Origin: Nanobdellota archaeon
GTDB lineage: Archaea; Nanobdellota; Nanobdellia; Parvarchaeales; Parvarchaeaceae
Reading direction: 5' to 3'
Assembly (NCBI GenBank): GCA_021807085.1
Contig: JAKAPM010000003.1
Coordinates: 2,014 to 66,013, forward strand
DNA: 64,000 bases
A program made the position numbers and the translations under genes. Numbering within the stretch: position 1 is the first letter of the stretch; each line of letters starts with the position of its first letter. The notes under the pieces are model-generated. The model did no database searches. It was given only the letters and a program-made list of their open reading frames with translations, and was not told the origin of the DNA. Shown here piece after piece: positions 18,423-28,121 of this stretch.

Positions 18423-19082
18423 ATGGGCATAATATTCGATTTAGATGGCACACTTATCAACAGTCTGGGAGTCCACCGAGACTCGGTCAAGAGAGGGTTT
18501 GATACTGTATTAGGGAAGAACAGGGTGACAGCCAGTTTTGTCGCAGAAAATATAAGATACCCCTTCTCGATGCTTATCAAGAACTTGAGGAGAAATGGTA
18601 TCGAAATAACCGATAAAGATGCAATGTTGGTATTGTCGACTGCGGACAGATACATGACGCTGAAGAAGATATCGGAAGGCGTGAAGTTTTTCCGCGGAGC
18701 TAAGGAAGTTATATCGTTGATACGGTCGACGGGAATAAACTACTGTATAGCGACCTCAATGGATGACGCCGAGGTCAAAAATACAATCCGCGCACTCAGC
18801 CTGTCTTCTCTTGGAACCATGATAATAAATTCCAAGAATAGGAGGAGAGAAAAACCAGACCCTTACCTTCTGAACATAGCCATAAGGGAGACGGGTATGA
18901 ATAGGGCGCACACATGTTACATTGGTGACAGCAAATTCGATTTTTTGGCTGCAAGAAGAGCCAAGATAGGTTTTCTTGGTGTATTCAATAGGAGAGAACT
19001 GTCTGGTAAGGGACAGTTCTTCGGCAATCTCACCACCCTCAGAAAATATATAGAAAAGAACGCCGGCCTATTTTTTGACTGA
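18423..19082 (+). CDS. HAD-superfamily hydrolase (phosphatase, subfamily IA)
   Basis: 219 aa. Motif I IIFDLDGTL, motif II S/T (IATS), motif IV GDSKFD. Confidence 0.75.
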   Translation: MGIIFDLDGTLINSLGVHRDSVKRGFDTVLGKNRVTASFVAENIRYPFSMLIKNLRRNGIEITDKDAMLVLSTADRYMTLKKISEGVKFFRGAKEVISLIRSTGINYCIATSMDDAEVKNTIRALSLSSLGTMIINSKNRRREKPDPYLLNIAIRETGMNRAHTCYIGDSKFDFLAARRAKIGFLGVFNRRELSGKGQFFGNLTTLRKYIEKNAGLFFD

Positions 19083-20351
19083 ACTTCTGTCTCTGCTCTT
19101 CTTGCCGCCAGCTAGCCGTATATAATAGGACAGGGGGTTCTTTATCAATTTACAAGTCTCATTCGGAAAGCAGACATTGAAATATTTGTAATATCCTTGG
19201 GAATCGCAATTGGGCGGAGGAAAGGACTTGTTTGAGAAAGCGTAATCGATTTGTGACTTAATCAATCCTTCCTTCAAAGGTGGTTTGTTGAGGCTGTTCC
19301 AGTCCAACAGTATCTTCTCCACTTCCTGCCTGTTCTTTCCTATATTCCTTAGAAAGTTCACCATTATGAAGGTGCTTCTCTTCCTACCGTCGCTGAGGCC
19401 GCCCATTATCGTTTTTATGCACGGCGGAAGATACTTGGTGTCCAAAGGAAGATTTACTTTTTCAAATTCCTTCACTTCCTTTCTTACTTCCTGCTCCGGT
19501 TCGAACGAATCATATGCTCTGACAAAGAGGCTCGTAGCCTCTTCCTCTTTTGCATGCACATCGAAGAAATCAAGTCTGGTGTCGACGTTATCCGGCATTG
19601 CAGTTTCTGGGTCAAAATCTCCTACTTTATCTTTTTCTACGGGTATTGACACCAACCACTTTTTTTCGTTCAGCGAATACTGCATCCTGAACATATGTCT
19701 CTCTGATATTAGTACGGTATCTATATCTATCACACTGTAGGGGTTGAAAACACCCTTTTTGTAGAGGTCGTGTTCCGGTACTCGGACCTGTGAAAGTACT
19801 TTTTCGATGCCGTAATCTCTCTTTATGAAGTTTCTTATATTCTCCTCCAGTTCTTTTTTTAAGAATATGGAAACTATCATCGGTGCGCTGGGGAAAAGTT
19901 TATTTGTGTCTATACCATTGATTTTCTTGGGGAATGTCTCGTACGGTACCAGCACATGGAAGCCAGATCCACCACTGAATTTTACGGAGACGGTTCTTAT
20001 GCCCTCGTCTCCAAGCTTTTTTACAATCATTTCGGTGAACCGTTTTGATATGTCCAGTACCTTGCAGTCTACATCTATAAGTAGGTCCCAACCCTTTCTC
20101 AAGTCGTCCAACTCCTCTTTTTTCATGTCTTTGTTTATCAGAAGGGGGTTGTGCCACCGCTCCTCACTGACATGGAAGCTGGTGGCGCCGTTCCTGACAA
20201 GCGACTCCACGTCGCTCTTGTACTGAAAATACATTGGCCTTTTGCCGAAGTTTTCTCCGTATCTGGCGGCGCATTCCCTGTCTTTGACATTGACGAGCTT
20301 GGTAATTACTTCATCTTTCAGGTAGTATCTTAGGATATCGGAAGGTTTCAT
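19068..20351 (-). CDS. priS: DNA primase catalytic subunit PriS fused to a PriL-C-terminal-like 4Fe-4S domain
   Basis: 427 aa. PriS motifs DLLIDVD (catalytic DxD), SGGSGFHVLV and RHMFRMQYSLNEK within the first ~270 aa. C-terminal ~150 aa contains LPPCIKTIMGGL plus three more Cys (NCDSQ, NVCF, ETC), resembling the PriL-CTD Fe-S domain. Confidence 0.7.
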   Translation of the reverse strand: MKPSDILRYYLKDEVITKLVNVKDRECAARYGENFGKRPMYFQYKSDVESLVRNGATSFHVSEERWHNPLLINKDMKKEELDDLRKGWDLLIDVDCKVLDISKRFTEMIVKKLGDEGIRTVSVKFSGGSGFHVLVPYETFPKKINGIDTNKLFPSAPMIVSIFLKKELEENIRNFIKRDYGIEKVLSQVRVPEHDLYKKGVFNPYSVIDIDTVLISERHMFRMQYSLNEKKWLVSIPVEKDKVGDFDPETAMPDNVDTRLDFFDVHAKEEEATSLFVRAYDSFEPEQEVRKEVKEFEKVNLPLDTKYLPPCIKTIMGGLSDGRKRSTFIMVNFLRNIGKNRQEVEKILLDWNSLNKPPLKEGLIKSQIDYAFSNKSFPPPNCDSQGYYKYFNVCFPNETCKLIKNPLSYYIRLAGGKKSRDRSSVKK

Positions 20352-20407
20352 TTAATTGATAGTTGCCGCCGAGATATTAACTTTTTCTGATAGCTCCTGT
20401 AAAAAGC

Positions 20408-20415
20408 TTTAAAAA
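20408..20415 (+). promoter_or_regulatory. Candidate TATA box (tttaaaaa) ~26-33 nt upstream of the L1 ATG, implying a leaderless or near-leaderless transcript
   Basis: AT-rich octamer at the spacing expected for an archaeal TATA box relative to the start codon at 20441; purine-rich BRE-like stretch just upstream. Confidence 0.3.
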
Positions 20416-20440
20416 CAGATATGTTCTTTATATTTCAATT

Positions 20441-21085
20441 ATGGAGCAGGCACAGATAGAGGCCGCTCTCTCCACAGTAAAGGGAGAGATAGCCGAGAAA
20501 GCGAGAAAATTCACACAGGCGATAGACTTGATAATAGTGACCAAACCGCCGAGAGCAAAAACAGACGTAAAGATAGATACAGTGACCAATCTGCCGAGGG
20601 CTACTAGCGTTATCAAAACGTGTGCCTTTATAGACAAAGATATGTCTACACAGGCAGGTGGCGTTTTTGATAAGACCATACTCAAAGACGAGTTCGGTAA
20701 GTACGACAAGAAGGCGATTAAAAAACTGATAAAAACATACAATTTCTTCTTTTCCGAAGCGTCTGTAATGGCTCCCGCCGCTGCAAAGTTCGGAAAACAG
20801 CTAACGGCCGCCAACAAGATGCCAAACCCGAAAACAAACACAATAATAAGCCCAGCTTCCGACCTAAAAGGAATTGTAGCGAAGGTCAGGTCGCTTGTAA
20901 AGCTCAGTACAAAAAAGAACAATGCGGTTTGCGTGAAGGTCGGGGACCAGAACTGGAACAATCAAGATATCTCTAAAAACATACTGTTCGTCTATTCAGC
21001 TGTTAAATCTGCGCTACCCAACGGAGATTCGTCCATAAAGCACGTATATATCAAACCTACGATGGGGAAGAAGGTCGCTTTATGA
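20441..21085 (+). CDS. rpl1: 50S ribosomal protein L1 (uL1)
   Basis: 214 aa. L1 family; first gene of the conserved L1-L10(P0)-L12(P1) cluster. Confidence 0.9.
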   Translation: MEQAQIEAALSTVKGEIAEKARKFTQAIDLIIVTKPPRAKTDVKIDTVTNLPRATSVIKTCAFIDKDMSTQAGGVFDKTILKDEFGKYDKKAIKKLIKTYNFFFSEASVMAPAAAKFGKQLTAANKMPNPKTNTIISPASDLKGIVAKVRSLVKLSTKKNNAVCVKVGDQNWNNQDISKNILFVYSAVKSALPNGDSSIKHVYIKPTMGKKVAL

Positions 21086-21927
21086 GCAAATCGAAAGGGT
21101 CTTCTGCAAAGGCAAAGTTAGCGGCGGAACTCAATGAGAAGATAAAAAAATACAAGAGCATTCTGCTTGTCGATATAAACGGGTTTCCCTCCCCGAATTT
21201 CGAAAAAATAAGGAGAATCCTCAGGGGTAGAGCTGATTTCGTGTATACTAATAAAGTGGTGATATACAACGCTCTCAAAGGAATAAACAACGACCTCGCC
21301 GAAAAGGCGGAAACACTACGCATGCCGGTTCTTTTGTTATCCAACGAAGACCCATTCGGGCTGGCGCACGTGGCTGTAGAGAATAAATCTTTCGCGAAGA
21401 TAAAGGAAGGAGAAGAATCCCCCGAAGATATAACATTACCAAGTGGGCCCACTCCTTTCCCACCAGGACCGATGCTCTCACAATTCTCTTCTATAGGCGT
21501 TAAGACGAAGAATGAAGCAGGCAAAATATCTATAGTCTCTGATACAACTATCCTGAAAAAAGGGGAGACTGCGAGTGCCAAGATAGCGAATATACTCTCC
21601 AGCATGGACATAAGACCCAAACCAGTGGTACTGTCCATCGCGTACGCTTTTAGCGAAGGGTTAGTTGTGGCCGGCGCGCTACTGTACAAGAGCGTAGCAG
21701 ACTACATAGATGAGGTAAAAACTGCATTCACAAGAACACTGTCGCTGTCTGTGGGCCGTGGCATTCTGAATAGATATTCGGTAAAGAGCATAATCAAAAA
21801 GGTTTATATAGGAGTAAGATTTTTATCTGTAAATAGAAATATAGTCACGGATGAGACTATAGGTGATATATTGGCAAAAGCCACAGCTCAAGCCAATGCA
21901 CTGAAAAACACAGGAGGAATGCACTAA
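21082..21927 (+). CDS. rpl10: 50S ribosomal protein L10/P0 (uL10) stalk protein
   Basis: 281 aa; sits between L1 and P1; overlaps rpl1 by 4 nt. Confidence 0.85.
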   Translation: MSKSKGSSAKAKLAAELNEKIKKYKSILLVDINGFPSPNFEKIRRILRGRADFVYTNKVVIYNALKGINNDLAEKAETLRMPVLLLSNEDPFGLAHVAVENKSFAKIKEGEESPEDITLPSGPTPFPPGPMLSQFSSIGVKTKNEAGKISIVSDTTILKKGETASAKIANILSSMDIRPKPVVLSIAYAFSEGLVVAGALLYKSVADYIDEVKTAFTRTLSLSVGRGILNRYSVKSIIKKVYIGVRFLSVNRNIVTDETIGDILAKATAQANALKNTGGMH

Positions 21928-21929
21928 AT

Positions 21930-22232
21930 ATGGAGTACGTATACGCTGCGATGCTTTTACACGCTTTGGGCAAGGAGATAAATGAGACTAACATAAAGAA
22001 TATAATCGCCGCTGCCGGCGCACAGCCAGACGACGCCCAGATAAAATCTGTTGTTACGGCATTAAAGGATGTTGATATAGACAAAGTCATAAGCGAGGCA
22101 CAGGTGGCTCAGGCACCGGCAGCTATGGCTGCACAAGTGGCACCCGCTGCAGAGACCAAGAAAGAAGAACACAAGGACGAGGCGAAAAGCGCCGAGGAAG
22201 CCGCCGCTGGTCTCAGCAGTCTGTTCGGTTAG
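21930..22232 (+). CDS. rpl12: 50S ribosomal stalk protein L12/P1 (aP1)
   Basis: 100 aa. N-terminal [17 protein letters not shown] dimerisation helix, Ala/Glu/Lys-rich linker, conserved C-terminal [12 protein letters not shown]. Confidence 0.85.
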   Translation: MEYVYAAMLLHALGKEINETNIKNIIAAAGAQPDDAQIKSVVTALKDVDIDKVISEAQVAQAPAAMAAQVAPAAETKKEEHKDEAKSAEEAAAGLSSLFG

Positions 22233-22298
22233 AAACGATTGTTCCGGCAGTACCGCTGAAATGCAGCCAACTTTAATATCCTAGCAGTGCGCTAATAC

Positions 22299-23081
22299 TT
22301 GTATATGGTCGTGCTGGTAACCAACGATGACGGGTACAAGGCCGCCGGGCTCAGGGAGTTGTATAGAGCCGCCAGGCTAGTTTTCGGAAAGAATGTAGTG
22401 GCAGTGGTACCGGACACTCCGCAGAGCTCCAGCGGAATGAGTTTCACGTTCCACAAACCTCTGCGTGTGGTTAAAACTTCTTACGAAGGAATGCAGTGTT
22501 TCACCGTGTCTGGTACGCCAGCCGACTGCGTATTCATAGCAAACTACCATATGTTTAAAGGAGGCGTAGACTTGGTTCTGTCGGGTATAAACGAGGGCAT
22601 GAACGCGGGTCTCGAGACTATGTATTCTTCGGGGACCATATCCGCCGCGATGTTCGCGGCTATCTCAGAGATACCAAGCGTGGCCTTATCCAAGAACATC
22701 CCAAAGAACGCAAAAGGGGAGTACATAAAAAAGAGCATGAAAGCCTCGTTCAATAGGCTCGTCTTCATACTCAACCGTATCAAAAAATTCGGGCTTCCCG
22801 AAGGCTCCGATATCCTCAACATCAACTTTCCAATCTACATGCGCAGGAATACTCCTATAAAAATTGTTAAGACAGACAGTATGGTGTTCGAAGACAAAGT
22901 TATAAAGAAAATGGACCCGCTTGGCCGACACTACTACTGGCTTTACGGGACACTCAAGAAAAATCTTGACAAGGAAGCCGATCTGTACTCTCTTTTCAGA
23001 GGGAACATAACGATAACGCCTATACGCTTGTCAGAATCCGAATACACGGCTCTGGAAAAGGCAAGGAAGGTCTTTTCTTAG
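22299..23081 (+). CDS. surE: 5'/3'-nucleotidase SurE
   Basis: 260 aa. N-terminal signature VLVTNDDGYKAAG (SurE DDG metal site) and GTPADC motif. Confidence 0.85.
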   Translation: MYMVVLVTNDDGYKAAGLRELYRAARLVFGKNVVAVVPDTPQSSSGMSFTFHKPLRVVKTSYEGMQCFTVSGTPADCVFIANYHMFKGGVDLVLSGINEGMNAGLETMYSSGTISAAMFAAISEIPSVALSKNIPKNAKGEYIKKSMKASFNRLVFILNRIKKFGLPEGSDILNINFPIYMRRNTPIKIVKTDSMVFEDKVIKKMDPLGRHYYWLYGTLKKNLDKEADLYSLFRGNITITPIRLSESEYTALEKARKVFS

Positions 23082-23082
23082 T

Positions 23083-24216
23083 ATGAAGTTCGTGCACAGG
23101 CTGGCTGTCTCCGTTGCGGTGATAGTGGTCGTAGCGGTTGCACTGGTAATGTATACTGGCGGGAAGGGTCACAGCAGTGGCTATGAGTACACTTCCATCC
23201 TTGTGCCGGGATGTTCGGCGTGTACAGACATATCCTCGTTCTATACTCTGCTTTCCACGTACAATTTCTCACTATCGAAAGCCTACAGCTTAGGTAGTAA
23301 GTACGGCAACTCGCTGATAGAGAACTATTCCGTCGCGAACCTTCCGTCCGTTGTGATGAGTGCGACTAACGCCTCTGCCAACATATTTTACGGACTAATA
23401 TACCTGAATGTTTTCAACTTGGTGGGAAACTCACTTATTCTGAACACACCTTTCACGGCAGGTCTTTACCGTAACGTTACCTTCTATGACATAATCCAGA
23501 ACAAGACCATCGAGAGCCTAGATATATACAACCAGTCTGATGTCTACAACATCTCATCTAAACCATCATACGAGACCTATATAAACCCTTCCCAGTTCCT
23601 GCTTTTATCGAACTCTTCTCCCATATCTTCAGGGAACAAGACCGTTATAGACTTCATTTACGGCGATTCTCCCTTTTCAGCACTACAGACGATTGTTCTA
23701 TTCACTGCTCTGTCTTCCTTCGGTAATTTCTCCGATTATTCCACTATGAGATCTACATCCGTCGCCTTCTCTCAAGGAGAGGTCATAGGCCCTGTATACT
23801 CCTACAACCTAACCGCTGCATACTACTCGAGCAATTACTTCTCCCTCCGCATATACAACGTAAGCTCGCCGGCAACAGTCGCAGACACATCAGTCCAACG
23901 CGAACTATTTGAATTCGACCAGAACGCGCTCTCCCCCGCCTTCGGGAATGTCGGTAACTTTCTGCCTTTTCTTAACATAGGAGGCAGATATATCTCCGTA
24001 TCATCGATGCTGAACCCATTCTATTTCTCCAACATGCAACTGTCGAAGTTTTACAGCGAAATGCGGACCAACTCCACTCTTGGTAGTATGTTCAATGATA
24101 GTGTTGCCTTTGCGCAGGCCGTGCTGTGTTCTGACATAGCTAACTCCGCTAGTATCTGTTCGACTCCACTGGTAGAATACGAGACCAATGCCATCTATAA
24201 GGACCTATTGACTTGA
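23083..24216 (+). CDS. Membrane-anchored extracellular glycoprotein with CxxC motif (function unknown)
   Basis: 377 aa. N-terminal signal-anchor (LAVSVAVIVVVAVALV), VPGCSAC motif shortly after the anchor, about 20 NxS/T sequons. Starts 2 nt after the surE stop. Confidence 0.4.
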   Translation: MKFVHRLAVSVAVIVVVAVALVMYTGGKGHSSGYEYTSILVPGCSACTDISSFYTLLSTYNFSLSKAYSLGSKYGNSLIENYSVANLPSVVMSATNASANIFYGLIYLNVFNLVGNSLILNTPFTAGLYRNVTFYDIIQNKTIESLDIYNQSDVYNISSKPSYETYINPSQFLLLSNSSPISSGNKTVIDFIYGDSPFSALQTIVLFTALSSFGNFSDYSTMRSTSVAFSQGEVIGPVYSYNLTAAYYSSNYFSLRIYNVSSPATVADTSVQRELFEFDQNALSPAFGNVGNFLPFLNIGGRYISVSSMLNPFYFSNMQLSKFYSEMRTNSTLGSMFNDSVAFAQAVLCSDIANSASICSTPLVEYETNAIYKDLLT

Positions 24217-24323
24217 CTTTAGCCAGTCCGCTGGCCCCTTAACGGTTCTTTGAAGGATTTTGTCACAGGTCTGACTGGCAGATACAACGGCAATGTGATT
24301 ATAACGAGCAACTACCAGGTATC

Positions 24324-25010
24324 TCAGAGGTTTAGCGCTTCTGCGAGTTCTGATATTACTTCTTTCGTGTCTTCTGCCTTCATCACGCCGGAGGCTACGA
24401 GTATGCCTTCACTGCCGAGTTCAACGCTTTTTTTCACATCCTCAGAGGTTTTTATGCCAGCGCCTATCAATGGTAAGGATTTTGAACCATTTTTTACAAT
24501 GTCGCAGAATTCCTTGACTATCTCTGGCTTTGCGCTGGACACGGAAATGTCTCCACCTATTAGCTCAGGCGGTTCATATGCTATAGCTGTAGGCTCGAAT
24601 TTCGCAATTTCCCTCGCCTCGTCTGTGCTCTGCACGCACACATAGGTTTTCAGACCATTCTGTTTGCACAGGTCTATCGCCTTCTTCAGTTCTGGGTATG
24701 CTATGGCCCCCCCCTTTGAATATGAATATCTTTCTTCTGAGTGGTTCAGCAGCGTTCCGACAGCGCCGCTACTCTTTACTTCATACCATGTTATGTGCGC
24801 AGTGAATGCACCAGGCTCAACTTCGTCTATGCCTTGAGCTATCGTTTTAGCTATCTTTGACGTCTCCCTAAGTTCTGTGAACGGCGGAGAAACTATTATG
24901 TCAACCCCTTTCTTCTTGGATATTTCTGCGGAGGCCCTGGCTATTTCTATTTCTTTTGTGAAAGCTTCCTCGTACGCCTTGTAATTAATTATAAACGTCT
25001 TCATACTCAT
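24324..25010 (-). CDS. tpiA: Triosephosphate isomerase (short archaeal type)
   Basis: 228 aa. Archaeal-type TIM (~225 aa) with conserved NYKAY N-terminus, LLNHSEERY active-site region, GAGIKT and VASGVMKA phosphate-binding segments. Confidence 0.85.
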   Translation of the reverse strand: MSMKTFIINYKAYEEAFTKEIEIARASAEISKKKGVDIIVSPPFTELRETSKIAKTIAQGIDEVEPGAFTAHITWYEVKSSGAVGTLLNHSEERYSYSKGGAIAYPELKKAIDLCKQNGLKTYVCVQSTDEAREIAKFEPTAIAYEPPELIGGDISVSSAKPEIVKEFCDIVKNGSKSLPLIGAGIKTSEDVKKSVELGSEGILVASGVMKAEDTKEVISELAEALNL

Positions 25011-25818
25011 CTAGGAAATAACATCCCTTTACTACATAGAATTTTCCCTTGTCTATGTTTATACGTATCTTCTTTCTTATTCCCTTCTTCAACATCTTTG
25101 TGGTCTCACTTTTCATGAATTTCCATGAATTGATGAAACTTCCGCCGATTATTATTACGTTCGGATCCAATATATACGACATTGAGAGTAGGTAATACCC
25201 GAACTTCCTACCTATTTCCTCAAATATTTTTATCGCTCTCCTGTCCCCCCTCTCTGCCAGCCTGTGCATGTCGTAGCCGCTGATGCCGTATATCCTCTCT
25301 ATGCTCCTACCACCTATCTCGCTCTCTACATCCCTACCAGTTTTGAAATCAGAGACATGGTGCCCTATCTCAGAGGCGAAACCTCCTCCCCTGTATATTT
25401 TATTCTTGTAGACTATTGCACCACCGAGTCCAGTTCCCCAAACAACTACAAGTCCATTCTGGTACCACTTGAATTCATCATTGTGTATCCGGCTTATCGT
25501 GAAGCAGTTTGCGTCGTTGTCTATAAGTACCCTATTGGAGAATTTTCTGAAAAAATCGCGAAGGTTTACACCCTTTATGGGAAGATTCGGAGCGAACACT
25601 ACTCTACCATTTCCGTCGATTCTCCCAGCTATGGATACATTGATTCTTTCCTCTTCATTCTCCAGGAATTTTGGTATTGTTTCCTTGAAAATCTTCAGAA
25701 ATTCACTTCTCGTCTGAGGCGTGTCTATCCTAGTACTCTTTAGTATGCTGTTCGGGTGGTTCAGTGTGGCGAATATAGTTTTAGTGCCGCCTATATCTAT
25801 GCAGAGCTTATTTGCCAT
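24985..25818 (-). CDS. ROK-family sugar kinase (glucokinase-like)
   Basis: 277 aa. N-terminal ATPase motif CIDIGGTKT; ROK-family Gly-rich loop VWGTGLGGAIV. Confidence 0.75.
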   Translation of the reverse strand: MANKLCIDIGGTKTIFATLNHPNSILKSTRIDTPQTRSEFLKIFKETIPKFLENEEERINVSIAGRIDGNGRVVFAPNLPIKGVNLRDFFRKFSNRVLIDNDANCFTISRIHNDEFKWYQNGLVVVWGTGLGGAIVYKNKIYRGGGFASEIGHHVSDFKTGRDVESEIGGRSIERIYGISGYDMHRLAERGDRRAIKIFEEIGRKFGYYLLSMSYILDPNVIIIGGSFINSWKFMKSETTKMLKKGIRKKIRINIDKGKFYVVKGCYFLDEYEDVYN

Positions 25819-26566
25819 TGATTATCTCCTTTAGAGATTTCAATCTTTTTACAGGATCGTCGCTCTGCCAGATATTTCTTCCGACAGCTACACCACTGAA
25901 GCCAGCTTCCACAGCTTTTTTTACGTGTCCTTCTATATTCTCATCGTCGAGTTTCTTCCCTCCTGCTAAGAAGACCTTCGTTTTGTCTGCCGCTTTAACT
26001 ATCCAGTTGAGTTTGGATTCATCGTTTGGGTACTTCAGCTTCACTATGTCAGCGCCGAGCTCGAAAGCCGCCCTGGCGGCATAAGCCACAATATCTGGAG
26101 CTTCATCGTCCTTTACTGCTTCCCCTCGTGGATACGACCACATTATAACTGGGAGTCCGACAGCATGCGCCTCCTCTTCTATCTTCCCAAATTCTCGTAT
26201 CATGAATTTTTCGTATCTGCTCCCGAAGTAAATGGTGTAACCGACGGCGGAAGCTCCATATTTAACAGCTTCGCTTACAGACGTATTCTGGGTGGAGAAA
26301 GGCTCCCCTTTATAGAGTTCAGTCTTGCCGTTCAGTTTTATTACAAGAGGTATCTTGGATTTTTTGTTGTAGTATCTGCGCGCGGCGCCTTTTAAAAGTA
26401 TCAAAGCGTCTACACCAGCCTTCTCCGCTACGTCAAATATGTATTCTGGTGATACATTCCTATCGTTGAAGTCCGTAGGACCGTGTTCCAGTCCGTGGTC
26501 ATATGCTAAGAAAATACCTTTCGTTCTGAAATTTACCATTTGCCCCACCTCTTCAATAAAAACCAT
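25808..26566 (-). CDS. Class I fructose-bisphosphate aldolase (archaeal DhnA/FbaB type)
   Basis: 252 aa TIM-barrel enzyme with a Schiff-base Lys region (VKLKYP) and DhnA-like N-terminal DHGLEHGP motif. Confidence 0.7.
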   Translation of the reverse strand: MVFIEEVGQMVNFRTKGIFLAYDHGLEHGPTDFNDRNVSPEYIFDVAEKAGVDALILLKGAARRYYNKKSKIPLVIKLNGKTELYKGEPFSTQNTSVSEAVKYGASAVGYTIYFGSRYEKFMIREFGKIEEEAHAVGLPVIMWSYPRGEAVKDDEAPDIVAYAARAAFELGADIVKLKYPNDESKLNWIVKAADKTKVFLAGGKKLDDENIEGHVKKAVEAGFSGVAVGRNIWQSDDPVKRLKSLKEIINGK

Positions 26567-26590
26567 TCGAAATTTATATAGGTGTTTGTT

Positions 26591-27556
26591 TCACCCGTTA
26601 CCTGGAACGGATGTTACTTTTATCGGCAGGGCATTCTTGGGATAGTGGTCCACTATCCCGTCTTTCGCTCCATACCTTTTTACGACACTGGCAGCGTTGT
26701 AGCTGCCAAGGTTGATCGCCTCCTCTACAGTTTTGTCGTCGATTATCGCGTTCGTGAATCCCGACAGGAAGGCGTCTCCTGCGCCTATGTAATTTATCTG
26801 TTTTGTCCTGAACGCTCCTGCCGAATATACTTTATCTTTTGTTGCTACCATAGAGCCGAGGCTTCCTTTTGTTATTATCGCTGCATCCTTAACTTCTTTG
26901 GCTAACTTGATTATGTTGTTGACGTCATTGCCATACCCTATGAATGTTCTTGCTTCTTCATCATTCATGCTCACAATATTGAGTCTGTTAAGAATAGGTT
27001 CCATCTTTTTTATCTTCAGCGACAGTTCCGTAGAGCCCGGGTTCATGACTGTCTTTATCCCCCTTTCCTCACAGTAATCCAGAATTTTCGGTAGCATCTT
27101 GTAGCCCTCACCCGGCATAGGTCCTATATATAACCACTTACTGGAGAAATCCAGCCTAAGTTCCTCCTCTTTCCACCCCCTCTCTATACCTCTGTAAACA
27201 AGTACCACCATTTCTCCGTTGCTGGCGACGAGGATGTTGCTGAAAGGAGTCTGTCCTGCGGTTCTGATAAGGTATTCTTGGTCTATTCTTCTAGACTTCA
27301 TGTCATTCGAGATGAACTCAGCGGCGCCGTCGTCCCCCACTAGCGCCATTACCGCCGTCTTTTTTTCAAAGCTAGCGAACGTGGCAGCCGCGTTAGTGGC
27401 GCTGCCACCAGTGAATTCTATTTTCTCCTTTATGTCTATTTTTTTATCTATTGGTATGTCCAGAAAATGTTTTTTTACCCCCGGTTTCAGATTAGATTTA
27501 TCTAGGAACAGAAATACGTCCTTTGTCGCGGACCCCAGCGTAATCACATCATACAT
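26591..27556 (-). CDS. PfkB/ribokinase-family carbohydrate kinase
   Basis: 321 aa. N-terminal GG dipeptide motif (TGGSATN) and C-terminal DTTGAGD-type motif (IGAGDAFLSGF). Confidence 0.75.
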   Translation of the reverse strand: MYDVITLGSATKDVFLFLDKSNLKPGVKKHFLDIPIDKKIDIKEKIEFTGGSATNAAATFASFEKKTAVMALVGDDGAAEFISNDMKSRRIDQEYLIRTAGQTPFSNILVASNGEMVVLVYRGIERGWKEEELRLDFSSKWLYIGPMPGEGYKMLPKILDYCEERGIKTVMNPGSTELSLKIKKMEPILNRLNIVSMNDEEARTFIGYGNDVNNIIKLAKEVKDAAIITKGSLGSMVATKDKVYSAGAFRTKQINYIGAGDAFLSGFTNAIIDDKTVEEAINLGSYNAASVVKRYGAKDGIVDHYPKNALPIKVTSVPGNG

Positions 27557-27579
27557 ATTGTTTTAACCAGTTGTGGGTA

Positions 27580-27882
27580 TTAATTTTTTTCCAACTGTTT
27601 CTGGAAGTCCTGTACTTGTTTTGTTAGGTCCTCGACCGATTTGTTTATAGATTTCATCCTGTACTCCAGTATCTCGCTCTTTTCCGAGAGCTCTTTTTTG
27701 AGCGTTTCTTTGTCCTTCTTTATCAGTATCTGTCCGGACAATTCGAACAGTTCATCTGAACCAGCTTTTTCTATTTCTTCGATAGTTCTCTTTATATCGT
27801 TGTATTGTAGTTGTGCGGCCTGTTTCTGGCTAGTTTCTATCTGCAGCCTCTGTCTTAGCTCATCATATTCGTTTTCATTCAT
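27580..27882 (-). CDS. pfdB: Prefoldin beta subunit
   Basis: 100 aa coiled-coil protein with a central beta-hairpin region (LSGQILIKKDKETL); conserved archaeal neighbourhood with pcc1, rpoP and rpl37ae. Confidence 0.75.
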   Translation of the reverse strand: MNENEYDELRQRLQIETSQKQAAQLQYNDIKRTIEEIEKAGSDELFELSGQILIKKDKETLKKELSEKSEILEYRMKSINKSVEDLTKQVQDFQKQLEKN

Positions 27883-28121
27883 AGTTTCCTTATGTCATCT
27901 AGCATTTTAATAGATTGCAAGATGGTGTTGGCAGTAGACACTAACATATTTGTGTCGGCAGCCTCTATAGTTACGATTGTGGCTTCCTTCTTCTCGTTTA
28001 CTGAAAGTCGGAATCTTGTATTCTCAGATTCGTGAATAGACAGCGCCCTATAGAATTTTCTATGTTCCTTGTCGGTCAGGCTGAGTACTAGTTTGAATTG
28101 GAACCTAGCGCGCCTTGACAT
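27879..28121 (-). CDS. pcc1: KEOPS complex subunit Pcc1
   Basis: 80 aa. Pcc1-like pattern (IEAADTNMLVSTANTILQSIKML); conserved position between rpoP and pfdB. Confidence 0.6.
   Translation of the reverse strand: MSRRARFQFKLVLSLTDKEHRKFYRALSIHESENTRFRLSVNEKKEATIVTIEAADTNMLVSTANTILQSIKMLDDIRKL

Noticed and set aside
24221-24235. Small hairpin (GCCAG-tccg-CTGGC) after the glycoprotein gene stop
   Set aside because: Only a 5-bp stem and no following T-tract; too weak to call a terminator.
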